DNA from: Thermoproteaceae archaeon
GTDB taxonomy: Archaea; Thermoproteota; Thermoprotei; Thermoproteales; Thermoproteaceae
Length of the DNA stretch: 39,870 nt
Direction: 5' to 3'
Assembly (NCBI GenBank): GCA_020833025.1
Contig: JAJHRB010000004.1
Location: 1-39,870, forward strand
The translations under genes and the position numbers were made by a program. The notes below the pieces were generated by a model that worked only from the letters and a program-made list of their open reading frames with translations, searched no databases and was not told where the DNA came from. Shown here in pieces: positions 7,269-16,177 of this stretch (position 1 is the stretch's first letter; every line of letters begins with the position of its first letter).

Positions 7269-10070
7269 TTGCGCGCACGGCGCGTGGTCTTCGAGCTGCT
7301 CCACCCGGCGGTGAGGCGCGCGCTGGAGGAGAGGGGGTTCCGAGAGCCCACGGAGCCCCAGAGGCTGGCAATACCAGAGATACTTGCCGGCAGTAACGTA
7401 CTGGTGGTGGCGCCCACTGGCACCGGGAAGACGGAGGCCGCGGTGCTTCCAGTGCTCTCGAGAATGCTCGAGCTCGGGGCCCAGGCGCCCGGCATATACG
7501 CGCTCTACATAACGCCGCTCAGGGCCCTCAACAGGGACCTCCTCGACAGGATTAAGTGGTGGGGCGAGAGAGCGGGCCTCAGAGTAGACGTCAGGCACGG
7601 AGACACAGACAGGGCGGAGAGGCAGCGTCAGAGCAGGCAGCCCCCGCACGTGCTGATCACGACGCCCGAGATGCTGCAGGCAGTAATGACAGGCAGGAGA
7701 CTGCTGGGCCACCTGAGAGAGCTCAGGTGGGTTGTCGTGGACGAGGTCCACGAGCTCGCCGAGGACAAGAGGGGGGTTCAGCTGTCGCTGGCGCTCGAGA
7801 GGCTCAGGTACCACGTCGGGCGCGACCTCCAGATAATCGGGCTCTCGGCAACAGTCGGAAGCCCCGAGGAGGTTGCCAGATTTCTCGTCGGGGCCGGGAG
7901 GCCCTTCAAGGTAGTTATGGTCGGGGTTGCCAGGAGGATGCAGCTGGACGTCGTGAGGCCGGCGCCGGCTGAAGAGGACAAGAGACTCGCCGAGGCTCAC
8001 GGCCTCCACCCGGAGGTAGTCGCCAGGCTCAGGCTGGTGAGGAGGCTTGTCGAGGGGGCCCGCTCTGCCCTGATATTCGTCAATACGAGGAGCATGGCAG
8101 AGCTCCTCAGCTTCCGCATGTCGTATCTCTTCGGCGACCTGCCCGTCGCAGTTCACCACTCGTCGCTATCGAAGGCCGTCAGGGTGTCCGTCGAGCAGCG
8201 CATGAGGCGCGGAGAGCTGAAGGCCATTGTAGCCACGTCGAGCCTTGAGCTGGGAATCGACGTGGGGCACATAGACTTGGTCGTCCAGTATATGTCGCCA
8301 CATCAGGTGACGCGCCTGGTGCAGAGGGTGGGGCGGAGCGGGCACTCGCTGAGCTCCACGCCGAGAGGCGTTGTGGTGTGCGAGGACGTGAACGACACAA
8401 TGGAGGCAATGGTCATCGCGAGGCGCGCTCGTGCTGGCCTGCTGGAGCCCGTCAAGGTACCCAGCAAGCCGTACGACGTTCTCGTGAACCAAATAGCCGC
8501 GTTCCTAATATTAAAGCCCAGGTGGAGTCTCGCCGAGCTTTACGAGGTTATCAGGAGGGCTTACCCCTACCGCGACCTGACGCTTGACGAGCTCAGGAGA
8601 ATCGTCAAGTTCATGGGCGAGCTCCACCCGAGACTGGCGCTGTACTTCGAGGATAGCGACACGGTCGTGAGGCCTAGATCCCGAGGCTTCTACCGCTACT
8701 TCTACGAGAACCTCTCCATGATTCCCGACGAGAGGCAGTATGCCGTGATTGACGCGAGAACGGGAGAGCTCGTGGGCACACTCGACGAGTCGTTTGTTGC
8801 AGAGTACGGGAGCGCCGGCGTCAAGTTCATCTTTAGAGGGAGGCCGTGGGTCATAGTCGGAGTTGACGGGAGGGGCGTGAGAGTTGTGGAGGTCCAGGAC
8901 CCCTCGGGCGCCGTGCCGAGCTGGATCGGCGAGGAGATACCGGTGCCGCTCGAGGTGGCGCAGGAAGTGGGGGCGCTGAGGAGGAGGGCACGCGGCGGGG
9001 ACCACAAGGCGATAGCGGAGGAGTACGGCGTGAGCGAGGAGACCGCGAGGTACGCAGTGGGGGAGGTGCTCAAGCACGAGGGCCCGCTCCCGGACGACAG
9101 GACTGTCGTGGCGGAGCAGTACGGCGAGAATGTCGTGATAGTCCACGCGGCCTTCGGCACGCTCGTCAACAGGACGCTGGCAAGGCTGCTGGGAGAGCTG
9201 CTGGCAAGAATTTTTGAGAGGCCGGTGGGAGTCCAGCCGGACCCCTACGGCATTGTCATTCAATCGTCAGAGCGCGTGTCTGCAGAGCTCGTCGGCGAGC
9301 AGCTTAAGAGACTTGCCGCAATTAGCGCGGAGGAGCTGCTAGAGCTCTTAAAGGCGGCGCTGGTAAAGTCGGGCGCGTTCAAGTGGCGGCTCTTGCACGT
9401 TGCGAAGAGAATGGGCGCCGTCGACAAGGACGCTGACGTGCACAGCGTCAGCATGTCCAAGCTCGTGGAGGCATTTGGCGGCACGCCGGTATTTGACGAG
9501 GCTCTTAAGGAGTCGCTGGAGAGGGACCTGGACGTGGAGGGGGCGCTTGAGGTGCTCGCGAGGATTAGGAGGGGTGAGATATGCGTTGTGCGCGCCCGCG
9601 GCCCGACGCATCTGGGGCGCGTTCTCTACGAGAGGGTCTCTCACAGGCTCGAGGTAATACCGCCCGAGAGGCTCAAGAGGCTCGTCATAGACAGCACAAA
9701 GGCGCGACTCCTGAACCACGTGATGGTCGTGGCGTGTCTTGACTGCGGCTGGCACGACGCAGTGAGGGTTGGGGAGCTGTCAGAGCTGAAGTGCGCGAGA
9801 TGCGGCGGGCGCAATCTCGGAGCACTGCGCTCCGCCCGCGGCGACAGCACAGAGCGCGAGCTCAAGAGGCGCGCTGAAGAGCTCGCGAGGACAGCAGAGC
9901 TCATTAGGAGACACGGCTGGCTTGCGCTCTACGCGCTGGCGGCGAGAGTGCCCGTGGGCGACGTCGAGAGAATATTACTGGAGGTAGACGGCGCCAGTCT
10001 TGACGCTGTGACAGAGAGACTGCTAGAGGCAGAGCGGGAGCACCTGAAAAAGAGACTTCTCGAGTCCTAG
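7269..10070 (+). CDS. lhr: Lhr-family ATP-dependent SF2 helicase
   Basis: APTGTGKT, DEVH, GLSAT, FVNTR, HHSSLS, ATSSLELGIDVG, QRVGRSGH, C-terminal CxxC..CxxC. Confidence 0.95.
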   Translation: MRARRVVFELLHPAVRRALEERGFREPTEPQRLAIPEILAGSNVLVVAPTGTGKTEAAVLPVLSRMLELGAQAPGIYALYITPLRALNRDLLDRIKWWGERAGLRVDVRHGDTDRAERQRQSRQPPHVLITTPEMLQAVMTGRRLLGHLRELRWVVVDEVHELAEDKRGVQLSLALERLRYHVGRDLQIIGLSATVGSPEEVARFLVGAGRPFKVVMVGVARRMQLDVVRPAPAEEDKRLAEAHGLHPEVVARLRLVRRLVEGARSALIFVNTRSMAELLSFRMSYLFGDLPVAVHHSSLSKAVRVSVEQRMRRGELKAIVATSSLELGIDVGHIDLVVQYMSPHQVTRLVQRVGRSGHSLSSTPRGVVVCEDVNDTMEAMVIARRARAGLLEPVKVPSKPYDVLVNQIAAFLILKPRWSLAELYEVIRRAYPYRDLTLDELRRIVKFMGELHPRLALYFEDSDTVVRPRSRGFYRYFYENLSMIPDERQYAVIDARTGELVGTLDESFVAEYGSAGVKFIFRGRPWVIVGVDGRGVRVVEVQDPSGAVPSWIGEEIPVPLEVAQEVGALRRRARGGDHKAIAEEYGVSEETARYAVGEVLKHEGPLPDDRTVVAEQYGENVVIVHAAFGTLVNRTLARLLGELLARIFERPVGVQPDPYGIVIQSSERVSAELVGEQLKRLAAISAEELLELLKAALVKSGAFKWRLLHVAKRMGAVDKDADVHSVSMSKLVEAFGGTPVFDEALKESLERDLDVEGALEVLARIRRGEICVVRARGPTHLGRVLYERVSHRLEVIPPERLKRLVIDSTKARLLNHVMVVACLDCGWHDAVRVGELSELKCARCGGRNLGALRSARGDSTERELKRRAEELARTAELIRRHGWLALYALAARVPVGDVERILLEVDGASLDAVTERLLEAEREHLKKRLLES

Positions 10071-10122
10071 CGCCTGCCGGCCGTCGCTGGATGCCGCCGG
10101 CTCGCGCCGGCCCGCAGCGTCC

Positions 10123-11136
10123 TCAGCCCGCGGGGCTGAGGCGGCCGCCCAGGAGTCTCGAGGTGTAGTACTCAAAGAGGTCGCCTCTGCCGAAGCGCTC
10201 GAGGTCGCGGCGGACGTACTCCCTCGCCCTATCCCTGTCCATCGGCACGATCACGCCGTTCTTGTAAATGCTGAGGGGCGGTACGTCTCTGTCGACGAGC
10301 CCGTAGACGTGAGAGAGCGGGCCGATGTACTTGCCACAGTATATCAGCGTGCCTATCGCGGTCTTGGCAAAGTCCCCGAAAATCGCGCCGAGCTTCCTGT
10401 ACGCCCTCTGCGAGTAGGAAGGCCTCACTGGCCCCAGAGTGTTCTTCAAGTTCGAGACCGTCGTCCCGGCGCCGAGATTGACAAAGGGCGAGACGTAGCT
10501 GTCGCCGAGGTATCCCGAGTGCTGCTTACGAGTGTAAGCGTCCAGGAGCGCGTTCTTCACCTCGCCCCTCACCCTGGAGTTGTAGTAAAGCGCCGTGCTG
10601 GGCCTCACGTGAGTGAGGGGGAGGGCCGCGGACTCCGGCCCGATGACGGCCGGGCCCTCGACCACCGCGTACTCGTAAACGCGGCCGCGGACGTAAACAC
10701 TGCCCCGGGCGATCCCGCGGACGTCCCCCCTCACGAGCTCTACCCCGAGCTCTCGCAGTCTCGCAAGAGCGAGGCTCATGAACTCAACGTTGCGCTCTAT
10801 AGCGTCTGCGAGCGAGGCCAGCGGCTCCACCACCAGCCTGCTCCCGCCAAAGTCCGCGCTGTGCTCCCCGCACACGAGACTCTTTGACTTGAGGAGATAC
10901 GGCGCGCAGCCGACGTGAATTCTGGGGACGTCCGGCGGCACTCCATTCCTGATCTCGAACCTGCAGCCCTCGAGTATGAGCGGCAAGTCCACGGCCTCCT
11001 CAACGTAAACGACGACCTTGCCCGCGTCGCACAGCGCGAGCGCGACGAGCTCGACAATGCGAAACCCGCCGACCACCAGATAGGGCGGCGGGGCGGCAAG
11101 CGCCGGGGGCAGGCTGCCGACAATTGCGACTTCCAC
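10123..11136 (-). CDS. GlmU-like sugar acetyl/nucleotidyltransferase with a reduced N-terminal domain
   Basis: Left-handed beta-helix region with HSGYLGDSYVSPFVNLGAGTTVSNLKN and RKLGAIFGD. No GxGxR nucleotidyltransferase motif seen. Confidence 0.75.
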   Translation of the reverse strand: MEVAIVGSLPPALAAPPPYLVVGGFRIVELVALALCDAGKVVVYVEEAVDLPLILEGCRFEIRNGVPPDVPRIHVGCAPYLLKSKSLVCGEHSADFGGSRLVVEPLASLADAIERNVEFMSLALARLRELGVELVRGDVRGIARGSVYVRGRVYEYAVVEGPAVIGPESAALPLTHVRPSTALYYNSRVRGEVKNALLDAYTRKQHSGYLGDSYVSPFVNLGAGTTVSNLKNTLGPVRPSYSQRAYRKLGAIFGDFAKTAIGTLIYCGKYIGPLSHVYGLVDRDVPPLSIYKNGVIVPMDRDRAREYVRRDLERFGRGDLFEYYTSRLLGGRLSPAG

Positions 11137-11177
11137 GTTAAAGTTATTATCGCACGAGAATTTGAGGCTGCAGGCCG

Positions 11178-11915
11178 ATGCTGAGGGAGGTCAGAGAAGC
11201 CGTGAGGAAGCTCCTGGGCGTTGAGGATGCGCCGGAGTGGCTCCTGCGCAGGATTGTGCAGGAGATGAGGGAGAGGGGGCTTGACGTCGAGGGGGCCGTG
11301 AGCTACCTAGCCCCCCTGATAGAGAGAGTATACGGAGCAAACGTGAGGAGGTACAGGCCGGGGCGCGCCAGCATAAGGAAGGCCTCGGCATTTCTAACCG
11401 CCGAGATGCTAGAGATATTGGGGTATCGCGTTGAGTTCATCAGACTCTTCGGCACTGCCGTGCCGGCAGCTGTCAAAGGAGAGGGAGTGTACACGCCCGC
11501 CATTCCAGTATTTGACAGCAAGAGGAGGACGCGGTACATAACAGCGCTCAGCAGGAAGCTCATGAGGAGCGTGATACAGATAACCACAGTGAGAGGCGCC
11601 GAGGGAGTTCTCGCTGAGGTAGTGAGAGTTGACAGGCCGCCGTTCTACTACCTCTACACGCCGGCCGACCTGAGGCCCCTTCTGGAGGGCGCCCTGCCGA
11701 TACAGGCGCAGAGAGACAGCGCGCTCAACAAGCTCTACCAGTACTGGAAGTTGTTCAGAGAGCGGGGGTACCTTGTTCTCGTCGGGAGGGAAATTGGCGG
11801 GGTTGTGGTCGACCTTCTCGCCGTCGGTCTCGGAAGGTACGCGGTAGTGAGAGGGGCGGGCGGGAGAAAGCTCGCGCGGCTTAGGAGAGTCCTTGACGGC
11901 ATTTACGTCGTTTGA
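11178..11915 (+). CDS. Hypothetical protein, possible degenerate PD-(D/E)xK-like fold at the C-terminus
   Basis: 245-aa ORF with host codon usage; the C-terminus reads FRERGYLVLVGREIGGVVVDLLAVG. Confidence 0.7.
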   Translation: MLREVREAVRKLLGVEDAPEWLLRRIVQEMRERGLDVEGAVSYLAPLIERVYGANVRRYRPGRASIRKASAFLTAEMLEILGYRVEFIRLFGTAVPAAVKGEGVYTPAIPVFDSKRRTRYITALSRKLMRSVIQITTVRGAEGVLAEVVRVDRPPFYYLYTPADLRPLLEGALPIQAQRDSALNKLYQYWKLFRERGYLVLVGREIGGVVVDLLAVGLGRYAVVRGAGGRKLARLRRVLDGIYVV

Positions 11916-12200
11916 TTACTTACCGGCGCTGGCTCGCGCGCGCCTCAGCTCGCGCACTCTGGCTATTTCCCTCTCGATAAGCGACACGTGAAACTCGAGC
12001 TCCTCAATTACAAGCCTCTTAGCAGCCTCCCTGCCGTACTTCAGTATCTCCTCGGCCTCGTCGAGCTTCCCCCTCCTGACTCTCTCCTGCGCCGTGTAGA
12101 CCACGCACTCGACGAGCTTCTCCTTGAATTCGAGAGCCTTGCGACTGTTGCCCTCGCGCTCGGCCCACGCCGCGAGTCTCTCCCACCTTGCGCACGCCAC
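11916..12200 (-). CDS. Hypothetical helical protein
   Basis: GTG start about 25 nt after TTTTTAA (12221-12227); charged helical sequence. Confidence 0.7.
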   Translation of the reverse strand: MACARWERLAAWAEREGNSRKALEFKEKLVECVVYTAQERVRRGKLDEAEEILKYGREAAKRLVIEELEFHVSLIEREIARVRELRRARASAGK

Positions 12201-12242
12201 CGCAGGGCGGCGCTCGCGCATTAAAAAGCGTTGGCGCGGGGG

Positions 12243-13517
12243 CTAGCGGCCCGGCCTCCGTCTTGAGGGCGGGGGCGGCGGCGTCTTTCCGGGCTCTTGC
12301 GGCTTTGCGGCCGGCGGGGGCGGCGCCCTGGCCCTCGCCGCCGGCTGCGGGGCTCTGGGCGGCGGCTTGGCGTAGAGAGTCTTCACCTCCTGAATGCGCT
12401 TCAGGAGCTCCTCCTTCAGTCTCGGCGCTATGAAGTTCCCCGTGAACGCGTCTGCCTTTGCCGCTATAGCCAGCTTCGCTGCGAGGGCTCTCGCTATCTT
12501 GCCCCTCTGCCATCTGGGCGACCTGAAGATCTCCGGGTACTGGAATATCACGCCGTGCTTAGGCGGCTTGCTGCCAGTGCGCAGTGCTCTGAATAGCGCC
12601 TTCTCGGCGCCGAGCACCTGTATCGTGGACGCCGGCAGGAACGCCAGTCTCATGAGGCCGCCAGCCAGCTTTACCAGTCTCGCGCCCAGCAGCGGGCCGA
12701 CGAGCTCTCTTACGTTCGGCGCGACCTCCCTCATGGCCTCGTCAATGTAGCCGGCGAGGGCCTCTCTGAACTCCTCCAGCTTGACGAACACGTCGGCGTA
12801 GGTCTTAATCTGCTCGAGGTCCCACTCTGTCATCTCCGCGCCCACGCTCTTCGCTGCAGCCTCCGCTATCTTCCTCGCTCTCTCTTCCTGAATGTCGGGG
12901 ATGGCCCTCTTCAAGCTCTCCTGCGTTATCTTGGATCTGTGGCCAATGAAGTACACCACTCTCACGTATTCCCTGTTGTCCTTGGCGAGCTCCTCGAGCT
13001 CAGGAAAGTGAAGCCCGTACCACTCTCTAATTCTCGACGCGATTAAATTCATTATCTTGTCCACGTCGTCAAGCGCGCTGATTGCCTGCGCTACGTAAAG
13101 GTCTCTCTTCTCAACAGCCTGCCTGAGCTTGCGCCTCGTGACCAGCTCGCTCACGTCGAGCAGGAACTTCCTGTACTCGCCCCACTCCATGCCGAGCTGC
13201 TGCAGGTACTCGGCGAACCTCTGCCTGAACGCCACGACGGCCCTGCACGGGCTTTCCGCGTGCACCTCCACGCCCTTGACAGCTAGGACGAGCTTGCGGG
13301 CAAGCTCGGGATCCTCGACTACTACTCTCTCGGCCCTCTGTTTCAGTCTCTCGATGAGATTCAGAAGCTCTGGCACGGGATTTGACTTCTCCAGCTCTAT
13401 CACCCTGCTCGCTACCAGCTCGAGATCCCGCTCGTACAGCTCCTTGTCAACTAGATTTCCTGACTCGTCTAGGGCGAAGAAGCCTAGCACATCAGTCGCA
13501 ATATAGATTCTAGTCAT
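12243..13517 (-). CDS. nop5: C/D-box methylation guide RNP protein Nop5 (Nop56/58)
   Basis: RIREWYGLHFPEL, APNVRELVGPLLGARL, PASTIQVLGAEKALF, PPKHGVIFQ, RGKIARALAAK. Confidence 0.97.
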   Translation of the reverse strand: MTRIYIATDVLGFFALDESGNLVDKELYERDLELVASRVIELEKSNPVPELLNLIERLKQRAERVVVEDPELARKLVLAVKGVEVHAESPCRAVVAFRQRFAEYLQQLGMEWGEYRKFLLDVSELVTRRKLRQAVEKRDLYVAQAISALDDVDKIMNLIASRIREWYGLHFPELEELAKDNREYVRVVYFIGHRSKITQESLKRAIPDIQEERARKIAEAAAKSVGAEMTEWDLEQIKTYADVFVKLEEFREALAGYIDEAMREVAPNVRELVGPLLGARLVKLAGGLMRLAFLPASTIQVLGAEKALFRALRTGSKPPKHGVIFQYPEIFRSPRWQRGKIARALAAKLAIAAKADAFTGNFIAPRLKEELLKRIQEVKTLYAKPPPRAPQPAARARAPPPPAAKPQEPGKTPPPPPSRRRPGR

Positions 13518-13581
13518 TGAGTGCGCAAGTCAGCGGCTCCTTAATAAACGTGTCGTCGCGAGACCGAGCTATCGTAACATG

Positions 13582-15462
13582 TCAAGGCCGTACATGCAGC
13601 TCGGAGAGGGCACGCTTGACATCCTCAACGTCAACTCTCCCCCTGTAGGCCCGCATGACCTCTCTCAGCGCGTTCACGGACCCGACCCTCTGCACGGCCT
13701 CCCTCACTATCTCCCTGACCTTCTCGTAGGGGAGCCTCGTCAAGCCCAGGCGCTTTGCCGCCTCCTCTGCCGTCTCGCCCGGCTTCATGTTCCTAAGCAC
13801 GTCCTCCACGGCCTCCTTCGTGATGACTCCCTTGTCGAGAGCCTCCAGCACTGACGCTACCTTCTCCTCGGTTATCTCAACGCCCTCCCGCGCCAGGGCC
13901 CTCGCAATGTTGATGAGCACTCGCGCTACTAGCGGCGGCGGGACCGACCTGTACCTCAACACGTACTCCTCAAACTTCTCTAAATGCGGGGACCTGACCA
14001 GCTGCAGCGCCACGTCCTTGCTGAGGCCCATCGCCGCCAGCTTGTCCAGCTTGTCCTCCAGGCTCACTCTGGCGATCTCCTCGGCCCTCCTGATTATCTC
14101 AATCGTGATCTTGACCGGCGGCAGGTCGGTCTCCGGGTACATTCTGGCGGCGCCGGGCCTCGGCCTGAGGAATCTCGTCGTGCCGTCGGGATTGGCGCCG
14201 CGGGTCTCTTCAGGCACCCCGTTCACGGCCGCGTTGAGTCTCTGCACGATAACCGCTGCCGCCTCCTCGAGCTCTCTCCTGTCAATGCCTGCCAGCAGGA
14301 CGAAGCAGCCCGTACCCGCCATTGCCTCGACACGCCTGACCTCGTCCGCCGCGATTCCGTAGCCCGGCAGCTCGTCGCTGTGCACGAGGCCTCCCAGCTC
14401 CGTCCACGCCCTCACGTAGTCGGCGAGCTCGGCGCCGAAGCGCCTGCCCGGCTGTACCTCAAGGCCGAGGAGCCCCTGAAAGCCGGGGGTCTTGACGGCA
14501 ATTACCTGCCCGCCGGCCTTGAGCGCGCTGGATATGAGCCTCGACTTGGTGTTCGCGAAGGCGGCAGTCACGTCAACGGTGGACGGCTCGAGCCCCCTCA
14601 CGCCCCTTCTCCTGAGCTCCTCTGCCATCCTGAGCAGGTTTAGCTGCCTCATCACCTCGTACTCTATGACCCTCGGTATGAGGGACAGGTCCGGCACGCC
14701 CTTTATTTCAGTCTTCGCGCCCCCGGCTATCGAGACGTTGACGTCCTGCCTGACGGTTCCCGCGCCTCTCCTGGCCCTCCCAGTTATCTTGACGCTGTAC
14801 CCTACTATCCACGCGACCTCCTCGATCTGCTGCGGGCTGTAAGTCATGGGCTCCGTCGCTATCTCCACCAGCGGTATGCCGAGCCTGTCCAGCCTGTACA
14901 CCACCGTCCTCCCCTCCTCGGCGATCTTCCTGGCGGCGTCCTCCTCGAGCGCAATTGTCTGCACCCCTACATCGTATCCGAGGATCTTCTTCCTGCCGCC
15001 GTAGGCCACGAGCACGGTCCGCTGGAATCCCGAGACGTTCGACCCGTCCACCACAATCTTGCGCATGACGTGCATCTCGTCGAAGAGCTTCGCGTTGAAC
15101 ATCTTGGCCACCGCAACGGCCGTCACGAGCGCCTCCTCGTCGGGCATGTGCGGGGGCTCCTCGTCCAGCTCGACGAGACACGTCGTGTCGCGGTATCCCT
15201 CGTAGACGGCCCGCCTCCTCTTCCTCACCTCCCACACGACGGCCGGGTCCACGGCGCCCAGCTCGCTCAGCGAGATGTTGAGGCTCCTCTCCACCCTGAA
15301 GTGGGGCTCGTCGTCCCTCAAGAGAGGCGGGCAGTGGCAGAAGAGCTTGCGAGGCGTGCTCAGCTGGACGTGAATCTCGAGGCCCACCTTGAGCCCCAGG
15401 GCCCTGTAGTCCAGTTGAGTGCCGGCAGGCACGGGGCGTGCGGGGCGTTGCTTATTAGCCAT
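13582..15462 (-). CDS. gatE: Glutamyl-tRNA(Gln) amidotransferase subunit E
   Basis: DYRALGLKVGLEIHVQL, KLFCHCP, MRKIVVDGSNVSGFQRT, DRLGIPLVEI, RPRPGAARMYPETD. The start may lie at ATG 15462 or slightly downstream. Confidence 0.97.
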   Translation of the reverse strand: MANKQRPARPVPAGTQLDYRALGLKVGLEIHVQLSTPRKLFCHCPPLLRDDEPHFRVERSLNISLSELGAVDPAVVWEVRKRRRAVYEGYRDTTCLVELDEEPPHMPDEEALVTAVAVAKMFNAKLFDEMHVMRKIVVDGSNVSGFQRTVLVAYGGRKKILGYDVGVQTIALEEDAARKIAEEGRTVVYRLDRLGIPLVEIATEPMTYSPQQIEEVAWIVGYSVKITGRARRGAGTVRQDVNVSIAGGAKTEIKGVPDLSLIPRVIEYEVMRQLNLLRMAEELRRRGVRGLEPSTVDVTAAFANTKSRLISSALKAGGQVIAVKTPGFQGLLGLEVQPGRRFGAELADYVRAWTELGGLVHSDELPGYGIAADEVRRVEAMAGTGCFVLLAGIDRRELEEAAAVIVQRLNAAVNGVPEETRGANPDGTTRFLRPRPGAARMYPETDLPPVKITIEIIRRAEEIARVSLEDKLDKLAAMGLSKDVALQLVRSPHLEKFEEYVLRYRSVPPPLVARVLINIARALAREGVEITEEKVASVLEALDKGVITKEAVEDVLRNMKPGETAEEAAKRLGLTRLPYEKVREIVREAVQRVGSVNALREVMRAYRGRVDVEDVKRALSELHVRP

Positions 15463-15500
15463 TTCGGCGGCGCGGGAGTCCTGCCTCTCCCGCGCCGGCC

Positions 15501-15524
15501 AAACGTGTCCAATTTTTGGACACG
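15501..15524. repeat. 24-bp palindromic site, copy 1 (AAACGTGTCCAATTTTTGGACACG)
   Basis: Exact reverse complement of 15808-15831; internal dyad CGTGTCCAA-N3-TTGGACACG. Confidence 0.9.
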
Positions 15525-15536
15525 ATAGAGAGGCCG

Positions 15537-15806
15537 CTACGCCAGCTCCAGCGCCTGCACGACTGCAAGTCCCCTGTCCGTTAGCCTGTTGTACACGCAC
15601 GGGCGCCTCGCGTGGCACCTGCCCTCGTACCGCTCCACAAGGCCGCGCCTGACGGCCTCTTCCAGCGCGTCTTGCCCGTAGCCCCACTCGCCGAGCTGGC
15701 GCAAGAGCTCTCTCATGTAGGGCCATCTGCCGTGCGCGGCGTGGAACTTGTATATTGCCAGAAGCAGGCGCGCGAGCGCCCTCTCGCAGACCCCTATCTT
15801 CCTCAT
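15537..15806 (-). CDS. Small winged-helix (PadR/F93-like) DNA-binding protein, 89 aa
   Basis: ATG at 15806 about 28 nt after TTTAAA. Helical N-half and a wing ending YNRLTDRG, the LTxxG wHTH signature. Confidence 0.7.
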   Translation of the reverse strand: MRKIGVCERALARLLLAIYKFHAAHGRWPYMRELLRQLGEWGYGQDALEEAVRRGLVERYEGRCHARRPCVYNRLTDRGLAVVQALELA

Positions 15807-15807
15807 A

Positions 15808-15831
15808 CGTGTCCAAAAATTGGACACGTTT
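15808..15831. promoter_or_regulatory. 24-bp palindromic operator-like site, copy 2, between the TATA box and start codon of the wHTH gene
   Basis: Minus strand: ATTT-AAACGTGTCCAATTTTTGGACACG-T-ATG. Confidence 0.75.
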
Positions 15832-16004
15832 AAATCACGGCACTAGCAGCGCGGCTGCCTGCGCCGGGCCTCGCGCCCCGCACTCTCTGAACGAGCTCGT
15901 CAGGCCAGTCCTCACTCTCACCGGCCGCCGAGCTTGCAGGGCGCCGGCATTTTGGGGCGCGTTTAAAACGCGAGGCCCTTTCAAAATGCCGGTCGTGATG
16001 GAGT

Positions 16005-16121
16005 TGGTGCCCCGGCCGGGATTTGAACCCGGGTCACGGGCTCGAAAGGCCCGCCTGAGGGCGGGAGCCCGCTATCCTTGGCCGGGCTAGACTACCGGCT
16101 GGAGTGGCGGCCGGCCACGGC
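16005..16121 (-). tRNA. tRNA-Glu(UUC) with introns at 3/4 (16099-16118) and 25/26 (16055-16073), CCA encoded
   Basis: Spliced: GCCCCGG TA GTCT AGCCCGGCCAA GGAT G CGGGC CT TTC GA GCCCG TGAC CCGGG TTCAAAT CCCGG CCGGGGC ACCA. The 3/4 intron forms a full BHB (CCG/CGG, GGAG/CTCC, TGGC/GCCA). The 25/26 intron has a relaxed motif. TTTATT at 16160-16165. Confidence 0.93.
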
Positions 16122-16177
16122 TCCCGGCGCGCCGGGGCTGGGCTATCTCGGGCCGGAGCAATAAACTTTTCCGCGCC

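Noticed and set aside
15463-15816. N-terminal extension of the 744-aa gatE ORF
   Set aside because: Read-through of the upstream wHTH cassette in a shadow frame; GatE homology starts at DYRALG.
15880-15930. C/D-like boxes on the minus strand downstream of tRNA-Glu
   Set aside because: Guide spacers are too short (5-7 nt) for any consistent box assignment.
16099-16135. A 37-nt intron using the upstream GCC as the 5' exon of tRNA-Glu
   Set aside because: No BHB H helix forms at that junction, while the 20-nt intron gives a complete BHB.
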